From NCBI RefSeq assembly GCF_006345805.1, contig NW_021832285.1:1-37228 (forward strand): a stretch of DNA of 37,228 nucleotides. The letters are read 5' to 3'. A program made the position numbers and the translations under genes. Shown here one piece after another: positions 24,530 to 35,232 of the stretch. This DNA comes from Octopus sinensis. Its lineage: Eukaryota. The stretch's first letter is position 1, and each line of letters opens with the position of its first letter. The notes below the pieces were generated by a model that made no database searches, was not told the origin of the DNA, and worked only from the letters and a program-made list of their open reading frames with translations.

Positions 24530-24727
24530 CAGTGGTTTTCAACCAGGGTTCCGCCAGTACAGTCCAGGGGTTCCGCAAGAAGTTACAAAACTGCTAAAAC
24601 CGGCAGTAATTTTTAATTCTCCTGCACAGATATGTGTGCATAAGACAAATTATTGCACAGGGGGTTCCCCGAGCCAGTGAAATGTTTCCTTGGGGTTCCG
24701 CTCCAGCAAAACGTTTGAAAAGCACTG
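24530..24727. mobile_element. hAT (Charlie-like) MITE, 198 bp
   Basis: TIRs cagtggttttcaa / ttgaaaagcactg (12/13); 8-bp TSD agctagtg at 24522-24529 and 24728-24735. Confidence 0.9.
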
Positions 24728-24984
24728 AGCTAGTGGTTGTGTATGTCACAACGGGTACTGGACGGTTCGACTTCTCCTGATCTCTGGGAGCTTCCTTGAT
24801 TTTTACAAGGGAAATTTCGAGCTGAATTTTAGACACAAGACAGGGCTGGGTAAATGTAACGGAACGAAGAAGTTACAGAGTGGAAACATCTTTTTTGTAT
24901 ATAATCATATATTTTCATTTTTATTTCCATGACTTGAGTAGTTAATTTCGACCCTTTATTTTGATCATTATCTTTTATGAAGGA

Positions 24985-25365
24985 CTAGCAGTATCGCCCG
25001 GCGTTGCTCAGGTTTGTAAGGGAAATAACTATAAAGCATTTTCAGAGAGTTATAGCCAAAAAATAGCAAAAAAATGGAAAAAAAATTATGGTAAATTTTT
25101 TTTGAGTTAAAAAAGGTCGAGTTGCGTCCCCTAGACAGTCTGTGGTTTGTGTTTCTGATTCTCGACCCCATGTCGAATTTATCGATTTTTTTCAGAACTG
25201 GGGGAACTTTTCAAAATTTTCGCTGCGTTAGTTTTGAATTATGACATTGGGCTATGTGTGTGTCAAGTTTCATCAGAATCGGTTGAAAGCCGTGGTCAGG
25301 GTGAGGGTACAACCAAACAGACACACAGAAACACATACAGACAAACTGCCGTTTATATAGAGAGA
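24985..25365 (-). mobile_element. Non-autonomous Helitron (variant 2)
   Basis: minus strand A|TC..hairpin..CTAG|T termini; near-identical to 32750-33121. Confidence 0.8.
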
Positions 25366-25500
25366 TTACGGTGTGCTTGTTGAATGGAGCTTGCAATCCT
25401 GACTTCGTACATTTTGCGCGAAAAATTCACAGTACAAGTTCTCCGACAAAAATCTTTGGCTGAATTATACGATTCTTACAGCTATTTGTCATTTTGTGTA

Positions 25501-25885
25501 GTGGAGGCGCAATGGCCCAGTGGTTAGGGCAGCGGACTCGCGGTCATAGGATCGCGGTTTCGATTCCCAGACCGGGCGTTGTGAGTGTTTATTGAGCGAA
25601 AACACCTAAAGCTCCACGCGGCTGCGGCAGGGGATGGTGGTGATCCCTGCTGTACTCTTTCACCACAACTTTCTCTCACTCTTACTTCCTGTTTCTCTTG
25701 TACCTGTATTTCAAGGGGCCGGCCTTGTCACTCTCTGTGTCACGCTGAATATCCCCGAGAACTACGTTAAGGGTACACGTGTCCGTGGAGTGCTCAGCCA
25801 CTTACACGTTAATTTCACGAGCAGGCTGTTCCGTTGATTCGGATCAACCGGAACCCTCGTCGTCGTAACCGACGGAGTGCTTCCA
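25501..25885 (+). mobile_element. SINE family C
   Basis: TSD tgtcattttgtgt at 25487-25499 and 25886-25898. Confidence 0.9.
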
Positions 25886-26235
25886 TGTCATTTTGTGTGT
25901 GTGTGTGAGTGTTTATGTGACATGAGAACGTTGTATATTATCGGCATTTATAACACATCATTTAGCCGTTCAAGAATTTGGACCTGGAGATCTCCATTTC
26001 CCCCGATTTCGAGAGCCACCTCCCAGTGGTGTCGGGCGTCAACGAAGAGGCCTCGACTACAACAAGACGACCAAAGTTTTTTTTTTCCAAGGTCCGGGGT
26101 CTCCTGCCCCTAAGCCCTAGACCATCACCTAATCACCCTTACCCGTCTTGTTGCTTAACGAACAACAACACATCATTTAAATGCAGTAAATATCAATAAA
26201 TTTTACAGGGGATTATCTATGCGCTTATCTTTCAT

Positions 26236-26754
26236 CATTCGCTAGACAAAACTTGCCTCTCTACTCTCACTTTCCTCTTCAAGTGATACTTGAAGAAGTT
26301 GATGAGAGATTGACCAGAGAGGAAAGTGTTTGTCTCTAATCCTTTCAGGCGCGTCCACCAGATACATTCTTTCGCCATAGCCACAAGGATGATAAAAATA
26401 GCTCTTCCTTCCCGTTTGAAGGAAGGAGGCGTGACAATATTGACGATAGACTCGGCTGATAAACCGACACGTCCCACACGTGACAGCAGTTGTTCGACAT
26501 AAGCCCACAGGTCGGAAATTGTTGGACACTGCACGAGTTCGTGCAGAACGGTTTCGTTGCTCTGACCGCATTTCGGGCACGTCGGCCCCGTGTTTCTCGA
26601 GCCATGTCTATAGAGCTTATCCCGAACGGTAGCGCTTCTCAATAACACTACCAGGCCAGGGATCTCTGGAAGTTGTCCATAGGTCCCGGCCCAAAAGTCG
26701 TATTGAACAGGCGGGTCAGGTATTCCTCGTCGACGCCCAGATTCACTCCGAGAT
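26236..26754 (-). mobile_element. Tx1/L1-like LINE ORF2 C-terminal fragment (zf-RVT region)
   Basis: VRDKLYRHG..CPKCGQSNETVLHELVQCP..IWWTR; reverse complement of 28098-28616. Confidence 0.82.
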
Positions 26755-26857
26755 TTCCTTCTTACCTTTTTGATAATTTTAAGAGCAATGATTGGACGTT
26801 TTTTTATCATCTTAAATATCTCCTGTGTTGTTATGATTTCTGTGTTTATCGTTACAG

Positions 26858-27041
26858 CCTGTTTGCCGCCGCGAATTATCATTGGACGGTGTTACATTGA
26901 AGTTTGAAAAATCCTGCAGCACATACAGAAAATGTCTTGAAGATATCAGAAACAATACCTTTACCTGCAACAAATGGACCAGTGGTACCTCTTGCGTTGC
27001 TTGTTGCACCGGAAACTTATGCAACAAGAACAATTTCACTG
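26858..27041 (+). CDS. Ly6/uPAR domain C-half: PVCRRELSLDGVTLKFEKSCSTYRKCLEDIRNNTFTCNKWTSGTSCVACCTGNLCNKNNFT
   Basis: ttatcgttacag acceptor, G|GTAAGT donor; CCxxxxCN three-finger signature. Confidence 0.92.
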
Positions 27042-27078
27042 GTAAGTGTTGTTTACTTTTTGATATAAATATACCTGA

Positions 27079-27296
27079 TTTATTTACTACCCACAAGAGG
27101 GGACAAATAAGGACAGACAAACGGATTAAGTCGATTATATCGACCCCAGTGCTTAACTGGTACTTAATTTATCAACCCCGAAAGAATGAAAGGCCGAAGT
27201 CGACCTCGGCGGAATTTGAACTCAGAACATAGCGGCAGACGAAATACGGCAACGCATTATGCCCGGCGTGCTAACGTTTCTGCCAGCTCGCCGCCT
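27079..27296 (-). mobile_element. SINE-A monomer
   Basis: 25-bp duplication ttgatataaatatacctgatttatt at 27060-27084 and 27296-27320. Confidence 0.88.
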
Positions 27297-27381
27297 TGAT
27301 ATAAATATACCTGATTTATTAAAGATGTGTCGTCAAAAACATTAAAATAGCAAATGTATAATATTTTACCCACATACATAT

Positions 27382-27420
<39 letters not shown>

Positions 27421-27577
27421 TGTGTGAATAAAAATCCATAGTAAATTTATCGACATCGCGAATTCAACTCACTCTCCATAACCGACAAAAAAATTTAATC
27501 GGTTTTCAAAACTTACTGAGTTCTCATCAAACGTGTATTAATAACATAAGGAATCCCAGAGAAGCAAATAACCATTA

Positions 27578-27790
27578 TTATTTCTTTACTACCCACGAGG
27601 GGCAAAACACAGAGAGGACAAACAAGGACAGACAAACGGATTAAGTCGATTATATCGACTCCAGTGCGTAACTGGTACTTATTTAATCGACCCCGAAAGG
27701 ATGAAAGGCAAAGTCGACCTCGGCGGAATTTGAACTCACAACGTAACGGCAGACGAAATACCGCTAACGTGTTAACGTTTCTGCCAGCTC
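27578..27790 (-). mobile_element. SINE-A monomer with deleted head
   Basis: match to other copies. Confidence 0.85.
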
Positions 27791-27987
27791 GACATTCTAT
27801 ATACATAACAAATGCAGAAGTTTTACAGAACTTGAGCTACTAATTTTTAATTTTTTTTCCAAGCCCCTTTTAACTCTGTCGTCCTTCTGCGGTTAGCAAC
27901 AAACAAAATGTAATCGTGTGGTGTCCATGCGTTTGTCAGTTGTAAATGAATCCGCTGTCAGCTTCCTTCATCTCAATAAACCAACAG

Positions 27988-29031
27988 CGAGTGTCGCGCT
28001 GCTCTCAAGCAACCATGCCGTCCCGAGTCGACCTTGAGCGACTTTAACACAACCAAAACATTCTATAGGGGATTAGTGGAGGGGAGGTATGACGACGATC
28101 TCGGAGTGAACCTGGGCGTCGACGAGGAATACCTGACCCGCCTGTTCAAGACGACTTTCGGGCCGGGACCTATGGACAACTTCCAGAGATCCCTGGCTTG
28201 GCAGTGTTATTGAGAAGCGCTACCGTTCGGGATAAGCTCTATAGACATGGCTCGAGAAACACGGGGCCGACGTGCCCGAAATGCGGTCAGAGCAACGAAA
28301 CCGTTCTGCACGCACTCGCGCAGTGTCCAACAATTTCCGACCTGTGGGCTTATGTTGAACAACTGCTGTCACGTGTGGGACGAGTCGGTTTATCAGCCGA
28401 GTCTATCGTCAATATTGTCACGCCTCCTTCCTTCAAACGGGAAGGAAGAGCTATTTTCACCATCCTTGTGGATATGACGAAAGAATGTATCTGGTGGACG
28501 CGCCTGAAAGGATTAGAGACAAACACTTTCCTCTCTGGTCAATCTCTCATCAACTTCTTCAAGTATCACTTGAAGAGGAAAGTGAGAGTAGAGAGGCAAG
28601 TTTTGTCTAGCGAATGTTTAAAAAAAAGATGGGTGAATGTAGCAAGGATGGCACGTATGAATGACGAAGCCACCTTGAGCATAATCCTATGAACCCGGAA
28701 AAATTTAAAACAGAGTTACTTACTTGCTAATAAATGTGTTAACATGTGACATTATCGACCGAGGTTACCGTGGTCTTTTCCGTAGTCTTTTCTTTCCATG
28801 GATAAGCCTTATCTGCTTTTCTCTTTACACTTTACATCATGACATTTCTATGATACACGATCCCTATTGATCGTTGTTTTTTCTCTCTCTTTTTACGATC
28901 CCTTTTGATCGAAAACCTACCCCGCTTTTAGTTTTTTCTTTTCCTTTTTCTTTAATCCCCTCCCCTCCAAGAAAAGCTCTCCTTTGTAATTTATCCCCTC
29001 TGTGTTCAGCCCTGTGTGGCTAATAAAGAAA
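27988..29031 (+). mobile_element. 5'-truncated Tx1/L1-like LINE: ORF2 end, stop at 28692, 3' UTR
   Basis: LAWQCY*EALP/VRDKL..CPKCGQSNETVLHALAQCP zinc-knuckle (CX2CX8HX4C); pyrimidine-rich 3' UTR ending aataaagaaa. Confidence 0.82.
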
Positions 29032-29132
29032 CATATTATATAGATAATTATATTTATATCTTCATGGTATCTATGAGATGTCTCTCATTTATTAAAGCAA
29101 TGGTTCTTTTCTATTTTTATATCCTTCCATAG

Positions 29133-29209
29133 GTTCGAATAACTCCTTTGTATTTCATCTGATTTTCAATTCGATTTTGAAGAAGTCCAATGAAGACATA
29201 GCTAGAAGC
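29133..29209 (+). CDS. SEA-like domain exon a: (G)SNNSFVFHLIFNSILKKSNEDIARS
   Basis: long pyrimidine tract + ccatag acceptor, GTGAGT donor, phase 1-0. Confidence 0.82.
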
Positions 29210-29452
29210 GTGAGTAGTAATTTTCTCCTGCGCTTGCACGCACACACGCACGCACACATACATGGATATAGAGCTAACAGACGAGATCGAGAGATTCTCA
29301 GAATAGAAGAGACTTATCAGCGCTCGGATGATTTGATCCTACACTCCGAAGCCTTTAGCATGGCTCGGATCAGCGGGGTAAAGTGTGGGTATAAGGCGAA
29401 TTCAAGGGCAGCAGATTTGGAATCAATGATGCAAATGAACAAATAAAACAGA

Positions 29453-29487
<35 letters not shown>

Positions 29488-29812
29488 AATATGAGGGATA
29501 GTATAGGTGGTGCTTGGAGGATGGAATTAGGGGGTAAATGTGAGGAATAGTATAGGTGGCGCTTGGGTTAAAGAATAGATTATGAATTTTGGCATGAGGC
29601 GTGAAATTTCGGGTGTTAAGTCGATTACATCGACCGCAGTGACTAACTGGTACTTATTTTATCGACCTCGACAGGATGAAAGGCAAATTCGATCCCAGCG
29701 GCATTGGAACAGAAAGCAAAGTCGGAACAACTGCTGCTACGCATTTTTACCGGCGCGGTAACGATTGTGTCAGTTTGTTGTGTTACACACAAATATAGAT
29801 ACGTGTGTGTAT

Positions 29813-29861
<49 letters not shown>

Positions 29862-29895
29862 AACTGTATTATATTCCTGTATAAATCTATTGCAG

Positions 29896-29948
29896 ATGGA
29901 GCATGAGTTATCATACTTGACAGGAACATTCGAAGTTGCGTATTGTGG
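29896..29948 (+). CDS. SEA-like domain exon b: MEHELSYLTGTFEVAYC(G)
   Basis: atctattgcag acceptor, GTAAGC donor, phase 0-2. Confidence 0.82.
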
Positions 29949-30269
29949 GTAAGCAAAATTAATACTTTTATTCAAATTTTGTTTATTTTTGGTGAAAATA
30001 TTCCCGTGTTTATTTTTGCTGTATTAAATATTACAATAAGAATTCTGTACCTGACATCCATAATACACAGGTTCATACGTTCAATGAAATGTTGAGCAGA
30101 CTAATGTAGATATATAGAGTACAAAACATGTGTGTGTGAATATATATGTAGATGCATAGGTTGTCGTCGTTGTCGTCATCAACACCATCATTACCAGCAC
30201 CAACACCACCACCACACCACCACCACCACCACCAGCACCCCCCATTATCATCATCATCATCATGATCCT

Positions 30270-30973
30270 CATTTCATGTGTTCTCTCGACTCTGGCATTG
30301 GTTCACCCTTTTGGGATAGACTTGCGACTGGTGACGAAAAATGAATCTTCTATCGAAATGTTAGACGTCGTAAACAGTGGCTTGGTAAGAGGGAAAAAGC
30401 TCAACCACAACCGAGAAGGGAACTTCATGGGAAAACGGTTCTTATCTCTATCTGGTGGGATTGCAAAGAAGTAATTCACTTTGAATTTTTACCACCTAAT
30501 ACAACAATCAATGCTGAAGTTTACTGTCAGCAATTAGAGCGTTTGAACCAAGCAAAAAATATAACACTGATTTAGTGAATCGAAAAGGTGTGATGTTTCA
30601 TCAGGACAATGCGCGACCTCACACTGCAAAGATCACATCACAAGTTCGAAGAGCTTGGTTGGGAAAAAATTCCTCATCCACCTTATTCTCCCGACCTTGC
30701 TCCTTCAGACTACCATTTGTTTCGTAGTTTACAGAATCATTTGGGGAACAAAACTTTCGCAAGCCAGGAGGAAGTCGAAACTGACATTTCAGAGTTCTTC
30801 GCATTGAAACCAAAAGAGTTTTACATTGATGGAATTAAAAAGCTTGTAAATAGATGGAAGGAAGTTATAGATAACCAGGGAAAGTACATTGATGATTAAA
30901 TTTCAATTAAATATAACATTTGATCACACTTTTCTTTATACAAAATTCGGACAGAACTTATGGGATGGCCTGA
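30270..30973 (+). pseudogene. Mariner (DD34D) transposase 3' fragment with right end
   Basis: LATGDEK*..HQDNARPH..HPPYSPDLAPSDYHLF motifs with a stop and frameshifts; ends before TA at 30974-30975. Confidence 0.92.
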
Positions 30974-31116
30974 TATAATGGTAGAATTTAGATTTTTGTT
31001 GTTAGAACAAGATCATTTCCATTAAAACTAGTTAGAGTCCCATATAAGTAAAAATTCTGGTGAGTGTCATTTAAACTAATTATATATTGTAATATCTTTT
31101 TAAAATCCTATTTCAG

Positions 31117-31274
31117 TTCCGAAAAGAATAGTGAGGTATTTACTATTAATTGCACAGTACCACGTACAATTACTAAGGACCAAATTTTTAAACAAGTTTC
31201 TGAAACTTTTAAGACATCACAGACTTTGCGTGATTTGGGATTGCAACAACGGAACACGGAGTTATTTGATGAAA
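31117..31274 (+). CDS. SEA-like domain exon c: SEKNSEVFTINCTVPRTITKDQIFKQVSETFKTSQTLRDLGLQQRNTELFDE
   Basis: cctatttcag acceptor, GTAAGT donor, phase 2-1; open frame. Confidence 0.82.
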
Positions 31275-31685
31275 GTAAGTAGAGTGTTTCGTGTCATTTC
31301 TATCATCATGACAATCATCAGTGATGTTATCATCACCATCATCATCTTCATTGTCGTCGTCATCGTCACCCTCAGCATCATCGTAAATAGGTGATGATAT
31401 TACACATACATACACACGTACGAAAACCCTAGGACACACACATATTCACAAACTCTAAACAATCACACACTCAAACACGCACACACATCTATTTGCTTAC
31501 GTTTTTTCAAAGCGAAATAACTTTCGATAAATCAAAAAAACTTTGTTATTTCCTTCTTTCAAATCCCTGATGCTTGCTACACTCAGTTTTGCTTATTTTA
31601 CTTAGAATTACACAAATTAGTGCAGGCTATAAACGTCTACTTATTCTGTATATGTCTAAGCCTTATGGAATCAAGGTAAGACAAC

Positions 31686-31729
31686 GCTGTGCTGATGACG
31701 CCTATGAAGGCAGAAGCACGTTTCACAGC
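31686..31729 (+). ncRNA. Degenerate minimal hammerhead motif (Penelope-type relic)
   Basis: GCTGTG-CTGATGA-cGCC tatgaa GGCa-GAAG-cacgttt-CACAGC: perfect 6-bp stem I, but the core GAAA reads GAAG. Confidence 0.55.
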
Positions 31730-32146
31730 TGTCCAATTGTTTTTTCTTAGGGACATGTTGATACATGAAAATTCCAAATTTTCTTCGGTGACCAGTGTCC
31801 ATCATTCTCTTACAATGACTTCAAGAGTGGTGGGCAGGAGAGAGGAAGTAGCATCAAAACTGAAGATGTGTTCTAAATAATTACAATAGACATTTATCCT
31901 CCACTAATGGCATCCAGACTGTCAGGTGCTGGCATTAAACTGGCTGATGTTTTATTTCTACCAAACAAGGAGGCCATACTAGGATTTGAACTCAGAAAGT
32001 GTAGTACCGGAAGAAGTAACACAAAGTATGCTCTCCCACTAATCCACTGCCCTGAACTGGTACATTTTTATAACCCTGGAAAGAATGAAGAGCAAATGGA
32101 CCTCAACCGTGTTTGAACTCAGAATCTAAAGGGTTAGAACAAATAC

Positions 32147-32563
32147 CTATTTCTTTATTACCCACAAGGGGCTAAACACAGAGGGAACAAACAAGGACAG
32201 ACATAGGTATTAAGTCGATTACATCGACCCCAGTTCGTAACTGGTACTTAATTTATCGACCCCGAAAGGATGAAAGGCAAAGTCGACCTCGGCGGAATTT
32301 GAACTCACAACGTAACGCAGACGAAATACCTATTTCTTTATTACCCACAAGGGGCTAAACACAGAGGGGACAAACAAGGACAGACATAGGTATTAAGTCG
32401 ATTACATCGACCCCAGTGCGTAACTGGTACTTAATTTATCGACCCCGAAAGGATGAAAGGCAAAGTCGACCTCGGCGGAATTTGAACTCACAACGTAACG
32501 CAGACGAAATACCGCTAAGCATTTCGCCCGGCGTGCTAACGTTTCTGCCAGTTCGCCGCCTTT
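32147..32563 (-). mobile_element. SINE-A dimer inserted in an older SINE-A-related copy
   Basis: TSD gttagaacaaatac (32133-32146) / gttagaacaaatgc (32564-32577); older body at ~31980-32146, tail fragment at 32578-32645. Confidence 0.88.
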
Positions 32564-32749
32564 GTTAGAACAAATGCCTATTTCTTTACTACTCCCAAGG
32601 GGCTAAACACAGAGAGGGCAAACAACGACAGACAAACGGATTAAGAGTATTACACGTTTCAATTGATTTTCTGTCTAATAGGACATTTCTCACATTTTAA
32701 TCCTGTATACGCATGCATTTTTCAGTATATAAAACACAGCTATTATATA

Positions 32750-33121
32750 CTAGCAGTATCGCCCGGCGTTGCTCAGGTTTGTAAGGGAAATAACTATAAA
32801 GCATTTTTAGAGAGTTATAGCCAAAAAATAGAAAAAAAATGATGGTAAATTTTTTTCAGAGTTAAAAAAGGTGGAGTTGCGTCCCCTAGACGGTCTGTGG
32901 TTTGGGTTTCTGATTCTTGACCCCATGTCGAATTTATCGATTTTTTTCAGAACTGGGGGAACTTTTCAAAATTTTCGCTGCGTTAGTTTTGAATTATGAC
33001 ATTGGGCTATGTGTGTGTCAAGTTTCATCAGAATCGGTTGAAAGCCGTGGTCAGAGTGAGGGTACGAGAAAACAGACACACAGAAAACGCACAGACAAAC
33101 TGCCGTTTATATAGAGAGAGA
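32750..33121 (-). mobile_element. Non-autonomous Helitron (variant 2)
   Basis: A|TC and CTAG|T termini on minus strand, subterminal hairpin. Confidence 0.8.
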
Positions 33122-33399
33122 TTTCATACACATGTTTTATTTGTTTTTCAGTGTTTTGTAATGAAGATTCTACAACTACAAGCAATAACACTTTCCATTG
33201 GCCAATGACAAAAATAGGAACTAGTGTGACGATCCCATGCCATGCAAATGTCGCAACAAGATACTGGTTCGTTTCTATTGTTTTATTTCATATCAAACTT
33301 TGAAGGTTTATTGTGAGAAAATGTTACATGGTATAATGAATAAAACACCTAGAGAGATTAATATGATAATATTAAAGTCTACCTATTCAAATCATTTAA

Positions 33400-33982
33400 C
33401 CCCTTACCCGGCAGAAACGAATATATGCGTTTTGACCGAAATCGTTTTTTTCTATCTCTGGCGAGTTAACTCGTCGAAAGATAGACTCGCCAAAATCGAC
33501 AGCAAACGAGTTCCTTTGTCTATTATAAACTCTTTTTTGACATATACGAGTATATTCGCTTACTTTATACGTCTGGCAGTGACGATTTCTGCCACCTTTC
33601 GCTTGAGTAAGGCATTGAAGACCGAGTATGATTTAGTCACCTGGAGACAGTCGAAGGGTTGGAAGGCACATTTTATGAATAGAAGTGTTCACTTTGTTTT
33701 TACGTTGTTTTTTTTTATACCTTTATATTATAAACCACACCATGTCGATAACCAAATAAAATAACATGATTTTTTGTAAAAGTAATATGATTTATGAAAA
33801 AAACGGGTTAACTCGTTTCTGCACAAAGCGGTAATTTAAAATCAATATTATTGAATTAAAATTCATAATAAATAAGGTTTGAAATATACCTCGAAATCAC
33901 CATTCAAAACATAGTAAAATAAAACAATTAAAAAATGTCTAAAAAAATACATTTATTTTCAAAATAATTGTTGGGTAAGGGG
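33400..33982. mobile_element. piggyBac-like MITE
   Basis: 10-bp TIRs ccccttaccc / gggtaagggg; TTAA at 33396-33399 and TTTA at 33983-33986; internal inverted gcagaaacga / tcgtttctgc. Confidence 0.72.
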
Positions 33983-34314
33983 TTTACACTGCTATTTTAC
34001 ATTTTGTACAGGATGCGACATAGTTTTGTCTTGGTTCTACAACTGAGATTTTATTTTTTGCTGATGTTAGAAGAAGCTTTAAGACATGTGTTGTTAAGAT
34101 TTCAGAATGTCACAAAATATATGTAGGGAAGAAACCAGCTGATTTAGCAAGCAGGGCCTCATATCAGTGAGCGGGGTTGGTGACCATTGATGCCGTCGAG
34201 AGGTGGGCCCCGAAACAGCGCGCATTCTCTCCTGATGACCCCATACACTTGCTGGCTTCCGGTATGCGGAGTTTTTGACTAGTAGCACTTGTATGTGCAA
34301 GTTGTTTACAAAAC

Positions 34315-34760
34315 ATCATTTCATCTTCGTTGTCGACATCATCATCATAATCATCATCGTCGTCGTTATCATCATCAACATCATCATCATCATCATCATC
34401 GTCATCATCGTCATCATCGTCATCATCGTCATCGTCATCATCGTCATCGTTATCATCGTCATCATCATCATTGTCATCATCATCGTCGTCATCATCATCA
34501 TCGTCATCATCATCATAATCATCATCATCATCATCGACGTCGTCGTCGTCGTCGTCGTCATCATCATCATCATCATCATCATCAACGTCGTCGTCGTCAT
34601 CGTTATCATCGTCATCATCAACATTGTCATCATCATCGTCGTCATCATCATCATCGTCTTCATCATCATCATCATCGTCGTCGTCGTCGTCGTCGTCATC
34701 GTCGTCGTCGTCATCATCGTCATCCTCATCATCATCAACATCATCATCATCTTGATTATC
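34315..34760. repeat. (CAT/CGT)n microsatellite
   Basis: direct inspection. Confidence 0.95.
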
Positions 34761-34919
34761 ATAACCACCGTCTCTTCGTCGGTAACGGTAGCAACAGCGT
34801 CAGTAATAAGTGTAACTATATCTTCCTATACGTGCATAGATTTGACTAATTCCACTTGTCGACTTTGATTTTAAAAATTAACAATATTTATCAGCGGTTC
34901 TATTGATTCCGGGGTAATC

Positions 34920-35232
34920 TGTGTCTTCTGCTATAGCCCTGGGCCGACCAATGCCTTGTGAGTGGATTTGGTAGACGGAAACTGAAAGAAGCCTGTCGTA
35001 TATATATATATATATATATATATGCATGTGTTTGTGTGTCTGTGTTTGTCTCCCTAGCATTGCTTGACAACCGATGCTGGTGTGTTTACGTCCCCGTCAC
35101 GTAGCGGTTCGGCAAAAGAGACCGATAGAATAAGTACTGGGCTTACAAAGAATAAGTCCCGGGGTTGATTTGCTCGACTAAAGGCGGTGCTCCAGCATGG
35201 CCGCAGTCACATGACTGAAACAAGTAAAAGAG
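34920..35232 (+). mobile_element. SINE-B, 5' truncated
   Basis: match to other copies. Confidence 0.85.

Larger units (their letters stand above)
615..31274 (+). other. Partial multi-exon gene: LRR(x6+)-LRRCT-Ly6/uPAR(three-finger)-SEA-like extracellular protein; 5' and 3' ends not found in window
   Basis: 12 exons with canonical AG/GT and compatible phases (2-2 x6, 2-1, 1-0, 0-1, 1-0, 0-2, 2-1) join into 388 codons without a stop; several N-x-S/T sequons. Confidence 0.88.

Noticed and set aside
727-25885. tRNA genes at SINE heads
   Set aside because: A/B-box-like motifs continue into SINE bodies with TSDs; I could not fold a complete cloverleaf.
25978-26199. GC-richer ORF DLEISISPDFESHLPVVSG...
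   Set aside because: No convincing splice sites or motif; probably an unclassified retroelement fragment.
26236-28616. Twin-priming explanation for the inverted LINE pieces
   Set aside because: Twin priming gives adjacent non-overlapping segments; here the same 519 bp is present twice, 1.3 kb apart.
31606-31675. Candidate next exon (cttag..AG|GTAAG; KLHKLVQAINVYLFCICLSLMES)
   Set aside because: Splice sites look plausible, but it abuts a repeat-like hammerhead relic, has no recognisable domain, and I found no compatible following exon. RNA-seq is needed.
33237-33764. 175-aa ORF
   Set aside because: Runs across the boundary of an AT-rich piggyBac-like MITE and has no transposase or other motifs.
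34106-34261. Candidate phase 1-1 exon, GIY-YIG-like peptide or hammerhead
   Set aside because: In-frame TGA in the required frame; the CHKIYVG resemblance is too short; the CTGATGA and GAAA motifs do not form compatible stems.
103-34868. Long homopolymeric ORFs (poly-P, -I, -D, -M, -L, -H, -N)
   Set aside because: All are translations of trinucleotide microsatellites inside introns, with no splice support.
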